Made by a program: the position numbers and the translations under genes. From an uncultured Candidatus Saccharibacteria bacterium (GTDB lineage Bacteria > Patescibacteriota > Minisyncoccia > Phycocordibacterales > UBA9973), in assembly GCA_964356285.1 (NCBI GenBank), contig CAYHGI010000002.1, positions 1-51,514 on the forward strand: a stretch of 51,514 bases of DNA. The letters are read 5' to 3'. Shown one piece after another: positions 9,173 through 16,608 of the stretch (positions within the stretch are counted from its first letter, which is position 1; each line of letters starts with the position of its first letter). The notes under the pieces were generated by a model, which had not been told where the DNA came from, searched no databases, and was given only the letters and a program-made list of their open reading frames with translations.

Positions 9173-9175
9173 AAA

Positions 9176-11017
9176 ATGAAATTACAATTACAATCGGTAG
9201 TTAAAACTACCACAAATAATTTTGATACTGAAAGCGAAAATCAGTCCATTTTTGAACGGAATATACAAAGAGGTGTTGAGGCGGGTATAGTATCTTTTAA
9301 CGAAGATAAATCAAGAATAACCTACGCTTGCTCACGAGCTTATACAACGGGTTTTAAGAACCCAGAGGAAAAAGTTAGAGCTTCGTATTTTTGTGAGCTT
9401 GTGCTTGATTATAATTACCCAAAAGAGAAGATGGATTTTGAGGTATTAGTCCCTCGCCGAACCCCAGAGGATAGGGCTGATATTGTTATTTATGAAGATG
9501 AAGAATTAAAAACCCCCTACTTGGTAGTTGAAACAAAAAAAGATGGTATAACCGATGCGGAGTTTAAGCAAGCCATTGAGCAGGCGTTTGGCAACGCTAA
9601 CAGCATACGAGCCAAGCTCGCCTCTGTTGTCGCAGGAACTACTAAAACAGCTTTTGATGTTGCAGGATTTAAACCTAGCGAACGAGCAAAAAATGTTATT
9701 TCAGATATTCCTAAAAAATACGGCAAAACTCCCAAATATAGATTTATAAAGGGCGAAGCAGACAAAGAGTTAAAAACAGTTTCAAGGGACGAACTTATAA
9801 GGGCTTTGGAAAAAGCCCACGATACCGTTTGGCAAGGTGGAAGATTTGACCCGACAGACGCCTTTGACGAAGTTTCAAAACTCTTATTTTGCAAATTGAA
9901 AGACGAAAAAAATACTACCAAAGGAGACCCGTATTCTTTCCAAATAGGCACTCACGAATTACCAGAGGAAGTTTATAAAAGAATAAACGGCATTTACCAG
10001 AAAGCAAAAAAGGAGGACGCCGAAGTTTTTAAGGATGATATAAAATTAGAGCCGAAAGTTGTTTATAATGTAGTTGAGCATTTACAAACACTGGCAATAA
10101 ACAAAATTGATTTAGATACTAAAGGGGTCGCCTTTGAGGTATTTATGACAGATTTTTTCAAAGGCAAAATGGGGCAATTTTTTACGCCTCGTCCTATCAT
10201 ACAATTTTGCGTTAAGATGATGAATCCAGAAAAAGGCGAGCTAGTATTAGACCCAGCTTGCGGGAGCGGAGGATTTTTACTCAACGCTTTGGATTTTGTT
10301 AGAGAATATGCGAGTAAAAATTATGACGAGCAGGAAGCCAGAGACCATTGGCACGGCTTTGCCAAAGATAATTTATATGGCATTGAAATAAATGACAAAA
10401 TCGCCAGAGTTTGCAAAATGAATATGATTATCCACGATGATGGACATACCAATGTTATTAGCACGGACGCATTGGAAAATTTTGAAGATATAGAAAAAAT
10501 ACATCCTAAATTTGAAAAAGACCATTTTGACTTAATCCTTACCAATCCGCCTTTTGGAGCAACCATAAAAAGAACTGAAAAAGATTACTTGGATAAATAC
10601 AAATTGGGAGAGGATAAACCAAATCAGAAAACAGAGATTTTGTTTATTGAGCGTTGTATTGGCTTTGTGAAGCCCAAAACGGGCAGGATAGCGATTGTTT
10701 TACCAGACGGCATACTAACTAACTCCTCTCTGCAAAATGTAAGAGATTTCATAATGGAGCGTTGCCAGATTTTGGGAGTTGTATCTCTGCCCCAATTTGC
10801 TTTTGCTCATTTTGGAGCTGGAGTAAAATCTTCTTTGGTATTTTTGAGGAGAAAGGGAGAAAACGAAAGCATAAAAGATTACCCGATATTTATGTCTATT
10901 GCCGAACATATAGGGTATGACGCAACAGGAAGAGCGGACGCTAAAAATGATTTGGACACGATTTTTGATGAGTATAATAATTTCTTAAAAAATCCTAAAA
11001 ATTATGCAGGCATCTGA
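9176..11017 (+). CDS. N6-adenine DNA methyltransferase with an N-terminal PD-(D/E)xK nuclease-like domain (HsdM-like, or RM subunit of a BcgI-like Type IIB system)
   Basis: 613 aa. SAM motif 'VLDPACGSGGFL' and catalytic 'LTNPPFG'. The N-terminal ~150 aa contain 'RADIVIY...YLVVETKK' (D...ExK). Confidence 0.85.
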   Translation: MKLQLQSVVKTTTNNFDTESENQSIFERNIQRGVEAGIVSFNEDKSRITYACSRAYTTGFKNPEEKVRASYFCELVLDYNYPKEKMDFEVLVPRRTPEDRADIVIYEDEELKTPYLVVETKKDGITDAEFKQAIEQAFGNANSIRAKLASVVAGTTKTAFDVAGFKPSERAKNVISDIPKKYGKTPKYRFIKGEADKELKTVSRDELIRALEKAHDTVWQGGRFDPTDAFDEVSKLLFCKLKDEKNTTKGDPYSFQIGTHELPEEVYKRINGIYQKAKKEDAEVFKDDIKLEPKVVYNVVEHLQTLAINKIDLDTKGVAFEVFMTDFFKGKMGQFFTPRPIIQFCVKMMNPEKGELVLDPACGSGGFLLNALDFVREYASKNYDEQEARDHWHGFAKDNLYGIEINDKIARVCKMNMIIHDDGHTNVISTDALENFEDIEKIHPKFEKDHFDLILTNPPFGATIKRTEKDYLDKYKLGEDKPNQKTEILFIERCIGFVKPKTGRIAIVLPDGILTNSSLQNVRDFIMERCQILGVVSLPQFAFAHFGAGVKSSLVFLRRKGENESIKDYPIFMSIAEHIGYDATGRADAKNDLDTIFDEYNNFLKNPKNYAGI

Positions 11018-12398
11018 TGTAAAAAATAAATGCTTTGTAGTTTGGAGCAATAAAGTTGAGGGTAGATTTGACCCTCATTTTTACAAACCAGATTTTTCAT
11101 TGTTAGAAAAAAAACTTAAAAAAATAAATCACTCAACTTTTGGTGATGTTATTAAGTTTTCAAACGAGATTTGGAACGGCAAGGATTTTTTTACAGAAAA
11201 ATTTCCCTACATAGAAATAAGCGAAATTGATATACATACTGGGGAGATAAAAGACATAATCTACTATGAAAAATCCGAAGCTCCCAGTCGTGCAAAAATG
11301 ATAGTAAGAAATAATGACATAATTGTTTCAACCACTAGACCCCATAGAGGAGCGATTGCTTTTATAGATAATTCAAAAGACGGCTTCATCGCCTCAACGG
11401 GTTTTGCCGTATTGAGAGATTTGAAAAATAAAGAAGTTGATAAAAATTATCTTTTTTATATTTTAAGAACTAGTTTCATATTAGACCAGATGTTGCAGAG
11501 AAGTAGCGGAGGCAATTATCCAGCAATAACAGCCGAAGAATTGAAGAAAATAATTATACCTCTTCCGCCGATAGAAACTCAAAATAAAATCGTTGAGATA
11601 ATGCAGTCGGCTTACGAGAAAAAAGCAAGCAAGGAACAGGAAGCAGAAAGTGTTTTTAATTCCATTGATGATTATATTTTAGGAGAATTAGGTATAAAAA
11701 TGCCACAGGCGAAAGATAAGGAATGTTTTAGTGTTAGTTCTCAAGAAATTGGTAGTGGTAGATTGGATTGTTATTATTACCAGCCAAAATTTAAGGAGGG
11801 AGAAAAATCTTTGAAAAAAGCGGATTGCAAGGTTGAACCCTTAAAAAATTACATTACAAAAATACATTATGGAGCGTCCCTTAAAAATATCTATGTTGAT
11901 GAGGGCATACCATTATTGAGAATACAAAACTTAAAACCAAACAGGATAGTTTTAGACGATGTGGTTATGGTTTCCGAAACGAGAAGAAAGGAATTAGGCA
12001 ACGCCTTTGTGAGTGAGGGCGACTTGCTTATTTCAAGAAGCGGAAGCGTTGGTATAGTTTCTGTTGTGCCAAAAGAAGCAGAGGGTTTTGCGTTTGGTTC
12101 TTTTATGATTAAGTTTTGTCTAAACGATAAAATAGATAAAGATTTTGTTTCTGTATGGCTTAATAATAAAATATCCCAGTTATTTATTAAACGAGAGAAA
12201 ATCGGGGCTATACAGGGCAATATAACGATTGAGACCATTGAGAACTTACAGATACCAACTCCACCATTAGCAACTCAAAAGAAATTGGCGGGAGAGGTTA
12301 AAGAACGATTAGCCCAAGTAAAAAAAATAAATGCAGAAGCCCAAGATGAAATTGAGAAGGCAAAATTTTTTGTTGAAAATTTAATAGTTAAAAAATAA
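11004..12398 (+). CDS. hsdS: restriction-modification specificity (S) subunit with two target-recognition domains
   Basis: 464 aa. Duplicated architecture with two conserved helical spacers: 'IPLPPIETQNKIVEIM' and 'IPTPPLATQKKLAGEV'. Overlaps the methyltransferase stop by 14 nt. Confidence 0.85.
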   Translation: MQASDVKNKCFVVWSNKVEGRFDPHFYKPDFSLLEKKLKKINHSTFGDVIKFSNEIWNGKDFFTEKFPYIEISEIDIHTGEIKDIIYYEKSEAPSRAKMIVRNNDIIVSTTRPHRGAIAFIDNSKDGFIASTGFAVLRDLKNKEVDKNYLFYILRTSFILDQMLQRSSGGNYPAITAEELKKIIIPLPPIETQNKIVEIMQSAYEKKASKEQEAESVFNSIDDYILGELGIKMPQAKDKECFSVSSQEIGSGRLDCYYYQPKFKEGEKSLKKADCKVEPLKNYITKIHYGASLKNIYVDEGIPLLRIQNLKPNRIVLDDVVMVSETRRKELGNAFVSEGDLLISRSGSVGIVSVVPKEAEGFAFGSFMIKFCLNDKIDKDFVSVWLNNKISQLFIKREKIGAIQGNITIETIENLQIPTPPLATQKKLAGEVKERLAQVKKINAEAQDEIEKAKFFVENLIVKK

Positions 12399-12404
12399 AA
12401 TAAG

Positions 12405-12890
12405 TTGAAAAAGCAACGAGAGATAATAACTGAAGATTTTGTCCAAAATAGTTTAATAAAGTATCTTAAAATTAACGGATGGAGTAAATCATTACAAAGT
12501 GCTGAATTGTGGGAACAAGGTGTAGACATAAAAGTTCGCAATAATAAGTTTGCAAGATATTGGCTTATTGAAGCTAAAGGTGACCCTTCTATAAAAGTAA
12601 AAAGTCCTGCGGGAAGTCAAAGCAGTAGTTTTAATTCTGCCGTTGGACAAATCATTACAAGGATGCACCGAAATGGCATACGAGGTTATAAGTATGGCTA
12701 TAAATATGGTGTTGCTTTTCCTATCTCTTTCAAAAAGATGGTATTAAGGAAAATACCTTTTGATGTTATGGATAAACTGAACCTTTATCTTTTTTTTGTA
12801 AATAATTTTGGTAATGTTGAAGAAATAGATTGGAAAAATTTGAGGGATATAATGAAGCTGAAAAAACAAAATATTTTATTGAAAATCTGA
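12405..12890 (+). CDS. hypothetical protein with a PD-(D/E)xK-like motif
   Basis: 161 aa with a TTG start. 'GVDIKV...YWLIEAKGD' fits D-(x)n-E-x-K. It starts 7 nt after the hsdS stop. Confidence 0.45.
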   Translation: MKKQREIITEDFVQNSLIKYLKINGWSKSLQSAELWEQGVDIKVRNNKFARYWLIEAKGDPSIKVKSPAGSQSSSFNSAVGQIITRMHRNGIRGYKYGYKYGVAFPISFKKMVLRKIPFDVMDKLNLYLFFVNNFGNVEEIDWKNLRDIMKLKKQNILLKI

Positions 12891-12925
12891 TAGCAGAAAA
12901 ATAAAAAATGTGATAGGGTAAGAAA

Positions 12926-13348
12926 ATGGCAAAATATGAGGATTTAAAAACGATTACGGATGCGAGATTGCAAACTATTCAAACCCTAATTGATGCAAAA
13001 GATTGGGATATGACAGCTTATATGATGGGTTGTGTCCTTGAATATGCACTGAAAGCGACAGCTTGCAAAACCCTTTCTTTGTCCAGTTATCCGCCAGTAA
13101 AATCTAAAAAAATTGAAACTTTTTTTAGAACTCACGAATTTGACTCATTATTGATAATCTCTGGTTTATTGGATATATTTGGTTCTGGGGGCAGTTTCTT
13201 TGGTAATTGGTCGGCTTTTACGCAGGAATACTTGGGTCAATGGACAGAAATAAGGTTTGAGGTAGGGGGTAAGTGGGATGAAATTAAAACTAATAGTGTG
13301 TATAATGAATTAAAGGTCTTAATTAGCGAAATCAAAAAAAGATGGTAG
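12926..13348 (+). CDS. HEPN-like domain protein
   Basis: 140 aa. 'GCVLEYALKATACK' and 'FFRTHEFDSLL' resemble the canonical HEPN helices (AvEkaLKAll ... rTHdLeeLl). Confidence 0.5.
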   Translation: MAKYEDLKTITDARLQTIQTLIDAKDWDMTAYMMGCVLEYALKATACKTLSLSSYPPVKSKKIETFFRTHEFDSLLIISGLLDIFGSGGSFFGNWSAFTQEYLGQWTEIRFEVGGKWDEIKTNSVYNELKVLISEIKKRW

Positions 13349-13701
13349 AAAAATTTAAAGAAATATTAAAAAAAATAGAGGAAGCAAAAGGAAAAGTAAT
13401 CTTATTTGCCATCATAAAAACGGATGATTTAAGTGATAAATGGTCTGTGATTTTTTCTGCTGATTGGGCAAAAACTGATAAGAGAGACGAAGTTTTTAAT
13501 TTTCTTGAAGATTTATTTAAAAAAACACTTACACAAGAAGAACATCAGTCAATAGCTAGAATAGGTATTTATATGAGAGATGATTATGTTGTAAAATCTC
13601 TTTTGGTGTTTAAAAAAGATTTTGTTATAAAAGAGGAAACAAAAGTTAATGGTTTTACAACACACGAGGGGTATATTATAGAATCAAATTCCAGTAATTA
13701 A
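13342..13701 (+). CDS. hypothetical protein translationally coupled to the HEPN-like gene
   Basis: 119 aa. Its start ATG overlaps the upstream stop (ATGGTAG). No nucleotidyltransferase (MNT) motif was seen. Confidence 0.5.
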   Translation: MVEKFKEILKKIEEAKGKVILFAIIKTDDLSDKWSVIFSADWAKTDKRDEVFNFLEDLFKKTLTQEEHQSIARIGIYMRDDYVVKSLLVFKKDFVIKEETKVNGFTTHEGYIIESNSSN

Positions 13702-13703
13702 AC

Positions 13704-13736
13704 AGCTAAACTATACCAAATTGCGGTTCTAGTATT
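13704..13736 (+). repeat. imperfect direct repeat, copy A (partner at 13899-13940)
   Basis: AGCTAAAC..CCAAAT(T)GCGGTTCTA(GT)ATTG. It begins directly after the stop codon at 13701. Confidence 0.6.
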
Positions 13737-13824
13737 GCCGTGATAGAATATAAAAATGTTAATTATGGGGACAAAAAGAAGAGGATAGATTTTTTAAACC
13801 ACTTTTGAGTGGTTGTATCTTCTT

Positions 13825-13896
13825 GCCCCTGTAAGTTAATGGATAGACTAACTTGGTTCTAACGAGAAAATAGAGGTTCAATTCCTCTCGGGGGCA
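13825..13896 (+). tRNA. tRNA-Arg (anticodon TCT)
   Basis: Folded by hand. Acceptor GCCCCTG/CGGGGGC (one T.G pair). D-arm AGTT/GACT with a GG loop. Anticodon stem CTTG/CGAG (A.A at the top), loop GTTCTAA. T-arm AGAGG-TTCAATT-CCTCT. Discriminator A. CCA is not encoded. Confidence 0.7.
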
Positions 13897-13898
13897 CT

Positions 13899-13940
13899 AG
13901 CTAAACGACTAAACTCCGCCAAATAGCGGTTCTAACATTG
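13899..13940 (+). repeat. imperfect direct repeat, copy B (partner at 13704-13736)
   Basis: AGCTAAAC(gactaaactccg)CCAAAT(A)GCGGTTCTA(AC)ATTG. It starts 3 nt after the tRNA 3' end. Confidence 0.6.
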
Positions 13941-13968
13941 TCCAAAGCCCAGAGCCAAAAACAAAAAA

Positions 13969-13997
13969 CTCATACTTTCGTATGGGCTTTTTGTTTT
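13969..13997. terminator. bidirectional intrinsic terminator downstream of the tRNA
   Basis: Stem CTCATAC/GTATGGG with loop TTTC. T-run CTTTTTGTTTT downstream and A-run AAAAACAAAAAA upstream. Confidence 0.6.
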
Positions 13998-14204
13998 ATG
14001 CTTCCAGACGAGCAAGTGAACTGCTTCACTTGCGGGTGGGCGATCGAATGACGGAATACGATTTTTACAAAAGTAAAAATCAATGAGTCGGTGCCCAGAC
14101 AAATTTTTTGCGACGGCAAAAAATTTAGTCGAGGGAGATACCTACCCCCGGCTTTTGATTTTTTAACGAAAAAATGTAACTCGTGACCGATTTCTATCCA
14201 GAAG

Positions 14205-14239
14205 CCTAAAAAACAAACCCGCCAGAGGCTGGCGGGTTT
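14205..14239 (-). terminator. minus-strand intrinsic terminator with no annotated gene upstream of it
   Basis: 11-bp stem AAACCCGCCAG/CTGGCGGGTTT (14215-14239). The A-run at 14205-14217 on the + strand becomes a T-run after the hairpin on the minus strand. Confidence 0.5.
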
Positions 14240-14503
14240 GGGGAGCTTATTGTAACTGTGGAGAATGTGCAGATAGCGCCTAAAGCGCTATCTGTAGAGC
14301 TTGCGGATGAATTCGAAGGGGGTTGGAAAAAATACCCTTGATATTTCTAATAGTTTTAGCGGCTGTGCTGTTTATGGAGATAAAAAATTTTTTCTGACTC
14401 TAGACTTTATAAAAAATTGTTTTATAAAAAGATTTCCACCAATTTTATAGAATTGTGCACTGCTAATGCACAGGTTATTCATACTTTTTGTGCACAGGGG
14501 CTA

Positions 14504-14533
14504 TTGACTTTTGATTATTTTTAGTGGGATAAT
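14504..14533 (+). promoter_or_regulatory. sigma70-like promoter TTGACT-18-GATAAT
   Basis: -35 at 14504-14509, -10 at 14528-14533. Two GTGCAC palindromes (14455-14460, 14490-14495) and a TGCACAGG direct repeat (14467-14474, 14491-14498) lie just upstream. Confidence 0.5.
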
Positions 14534-14742
14534 TATGTCAAGCTAATCCTTTAGGGAAACTCTAAAATATCTATGAATGTTGTTTCGTGTATTCGAGAAT
14601 TATGAATTCGGGTTAGAAACAAAAAATTATATAAAAGCAGTTATCCCTTCTAGAGGATAAGCTACACAAACCAATGCCCTTCGTTAAATACGGGGGCCTT
14701 TGGCGTTATTTTTTTTATGCTATAATTAAGAAATTATCACTT

Positions 14743-15258
14743 ATGGAAAAATTAAAATTCGGATTATTTTCAATTATTGTTTTAGCTCTGGTGGGGCTTC
14801 TTTTGTATTGGTCTATTGCCACCATCCAATCAGGCACTGAAAGTAAAACAAGCCAAGAAATAAAAACACTGGAAAAAGAAAATGAAAACTTAAAAAAAGA
14901 AATCAAGAATCTTGCTGAGGAACTTAATGTCGCGCAATCTGAGTTGGCAAAACTTGCGCCGGATGTAAAAAAAGAACCAGAAATAACTGTATATAAATAT
15001 CAGAGTTTAAAAGATGAATTACAAAAATTAATCAGCGACAATGTTTTTCTGAAAGAGAAATCTAGGGGTCCGAAAGTGGGCACAGTGCAAACATTTCTAA
15101 ATATTTACAATAATACTTCCAATAAAGCGGACAATGAATATGGCGCGGATACCAAAAAGAGAGTGGCGACTTTTCAAAAAGATTCGGGATTGAACGCGGA
15201 CGGGGAGGCGGGCAAAAACACTTTCAATAAAATGATTGAGTGGCTGAAAGAGCAATAG
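14743..15258 (+). CDS. membrane-anchored coiled-coil protein with a C-terminal peptidoglycan-binding domain
   Basis: Start moved to the ATG at 14743 (MEKLKFGLFSIIVLALVGLLL = TM helix). C-terminal 'GPKVGTVQTFL...YGADTKKRVATFQKDSGLNADGEAG' is PG_binding_1-like. TATAAT at 14721-14726. Confidence 0.7.
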   Translation: MEKLKFGLFSIIVLALVGLLLYWSIATIQSGTESKTSQEIKTLEKENENLKKEIKNLAEELNVAQSELAKLAPDVKKEPEITVYKYQSLKDELQKLISDNVFLKEKSRGPKVGTVQTFLNIYNNTSNKADNEYGADTKKRVATFQKDSGLNADGEAGKNTFNKMIEWLKEQ

Positions 15259-15291
15259 CCTTAGAAGAGCCAGAAGACTAATAGACATTTC

Positions 15292-15310
15292 GACTAGGTC
15301 TTGCCTAGTC
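15292..15310. terminator. hairpin between convergent genes
   Basis: GACTAGG-TCTTG-CCTAGTC (7-5-7). No clear T-run on either strand. Confidence 0.35.
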
Positions 15311-15313
15311 ATT

Positions 15314-16366
15314 CTAAAAAATCCGAGAAAAAAGAGAAAAAAGATTGATAAGCGGGGATAAGATATAATCAAACCATTTTGGCTTGTGGATTTTAGAATC
15401 AAATACAACGGAATCTTTTTTCCACTCCTTGATAATTTCTAAAAGCTTTGCGATCGCTTTTAAATCTTTAAAGAAAACGCCCACTTCAAAATTAAAATCA
15501 AAAGAAAAAAAATCCAGATTTTGCGACCCAACCATCGCTTCTTTTTTATCTATGATTATCGCTTTGGCGTGATTCATTTTTTCTTCCATGTAAAACTTAA
15601 TGCCTAGTTTTGAAAGCTTGTAGATATAAAAATAATTTACGCGATCCATAATGAAACCATGGTCAGTATTTTTCGGCACTAATATTTCCACATTCACCCC
15701 GCGCAAGACCGCCTGATGCAACATCGCCGAAAGCCAGCGCTTCGGCATAAAATACGGAGTAGTTAAAATAATGCTCTTTTGCGCCTTATGCAGATATTTT
15801 CGGTAAATTCTTTTGAAATGAAACTTTTCTCTAATGGGAGCATCATCCACTATCCAGGTATTTACTCTCGCTTTAGCAATCTTGTTATTTCTGTCAAGCA
15901 ATATGGGATCTCTGCCTCCGGCATTTGTATAGGACTTGATAAAAGACACAACCGTTTTTGCTACCAGGTTGCCCGTTATTCTGACCATTAAATCATTCCA
16001 AAATCTGGATTTTTGATGCAAATTGACGCCTCCAATAAACGCAATGCGTTCATCCACCACTAAAACCTTCCGATGCATTCGATGTAATAAATAAGAGAGA
16101 AAAAGCACTTCCACTCCCGCTTTTTTCAATTCAGAAATCGCGTTTTCGCTTAAGCCGGCACTCCCAAAAGGGTCCAGAATGATTTTAACCCATAAACCTT
16201 GTTTCGCTTTTTCTTTAAGCAGATGAAAAAAATCAAACTCTTCCATATCATCTTGGAAAATATACATCTCTAGATAAATGGATTTTTGAGCGTTGGAGAT
16301 GGCTTCAAACATAACTTTCCAAGCTTTTTCTGAATTAGTGAAAAACTTATAATTCATAATGAACAT
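15314..16366 (-). CDS. phospholipase D family protein / cardiolipin synthase-like
   Basis: Two HKD motifs: 'HRKVLVVDERIAFIGGVNL' and 'HAKAIIIDKKEAMVGSQNLD'. An alternative start lies at 16357. Confidence 0.8.
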   Translation of the reverse strand: MFIMNYKFFTNSEKAWKVMFEAISNAQKSIYLEMYIFQDDMEEFDFFHLLKEKAKQGLWVKIILDPFGSAGLSENAISELKKAGVEVLFLSYLLHRMHRKVLVVDERIAFIGGVNLHQKSRFWNDLMVRITGNLVAKTVVSFIKSYTNAGGRDPILLDRNNKIAKARVNTWIVDDAPIREKFHFKRIYRKYLHKAQKSIILTTPYFMPKRWLSAMLHQAVLRGVNVEILVPKNTDHGFIMDRVNYFYIYKLSKLGIKFYMEEKMNHAKAIIIDKKEAMVGSQNLDFFSFDFNFEVGVFFKDLKAIAKLLEIIKEWKKDSVVFDSKIHKPKWFDYILSPLINLFSLFSRIF

Positions 16367-16408
16367 TATACTCGGCAGTGGGACTTTAGTAAAAGCTCTA
16401 CTGCCGGG

Positions 16409-16438
16409 TTATACACGAGTTAACAAATGTGCTACAAT
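16409..16438 (+). promoter_or_regulatory. promoter TTATAC-18-TACAAT placed 6 nt before the ATG at 16445
   Basis: -35 at 16409-16414, -10 at 16433-16438. Confidence 0.4.
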
Positions 16439-16444
16439 GACGAT

Positions 16445-16567
16445 ATGGCAAAAAGAAGCACCACTCTTAGTCCGAAAAATAGATCCAGGCATTCCCACAA
16501 AACTAAAAAGCGATTAGCTATCAAGAAATTAATGCTGGAGAAAAAAGCTTTGCGCAAAAATTTTTAA
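16445..16567 (+). CDS. candidate 40-aa highly basic small protein (below the ORF-track cutoff)
   Basis: My translation: MAKRSTTLSPKNRSRHSHKTKKRLAIKKLMLEKKALRKNF. Leaderless-type promoter spacing. Followed by a 10-bp hairpin TTTTGTCCAA/TTGGACAAAA. Confidence 0.35.
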   Translation: MAKRSTTLSPKNRSRHSHKTKKRLAIKKLMLEKKALRKNF

Positions 16568-16608
16568 TGATTTTTGTCCAACACTCGGTATTGGACAAAA
16601 TGTAAATT

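Noticed and set aside
13825-13896. tRNA-Arg as the classical 3'-end integration site of the island
   Set aside because: The island lies on the 5' side of the tRNA. I saw no duplicated copy of the tRNA 3' half inside the window. Only the non-tRNA flanking repeat (13704/13899) was found, so a tRNA-att model is not supported here.
13998-14300. Possibility that the hairpin-rich region is RNase P RNA, tmRNA or SRP RNA
   Set aside because: Only short resemblances were seen (GAATGAC, CCCGGCTT, AGTCGG). The candidate P4-like strands are ~60 nt apart rather than hundreds of nucleotides. There is no GGGG...TTCGAC 5' end with a matching CCACCA-ended acceptor, no tag ORF and no SRP domain IV motif. The region is kept only as an unclassified ncRNA candidate.
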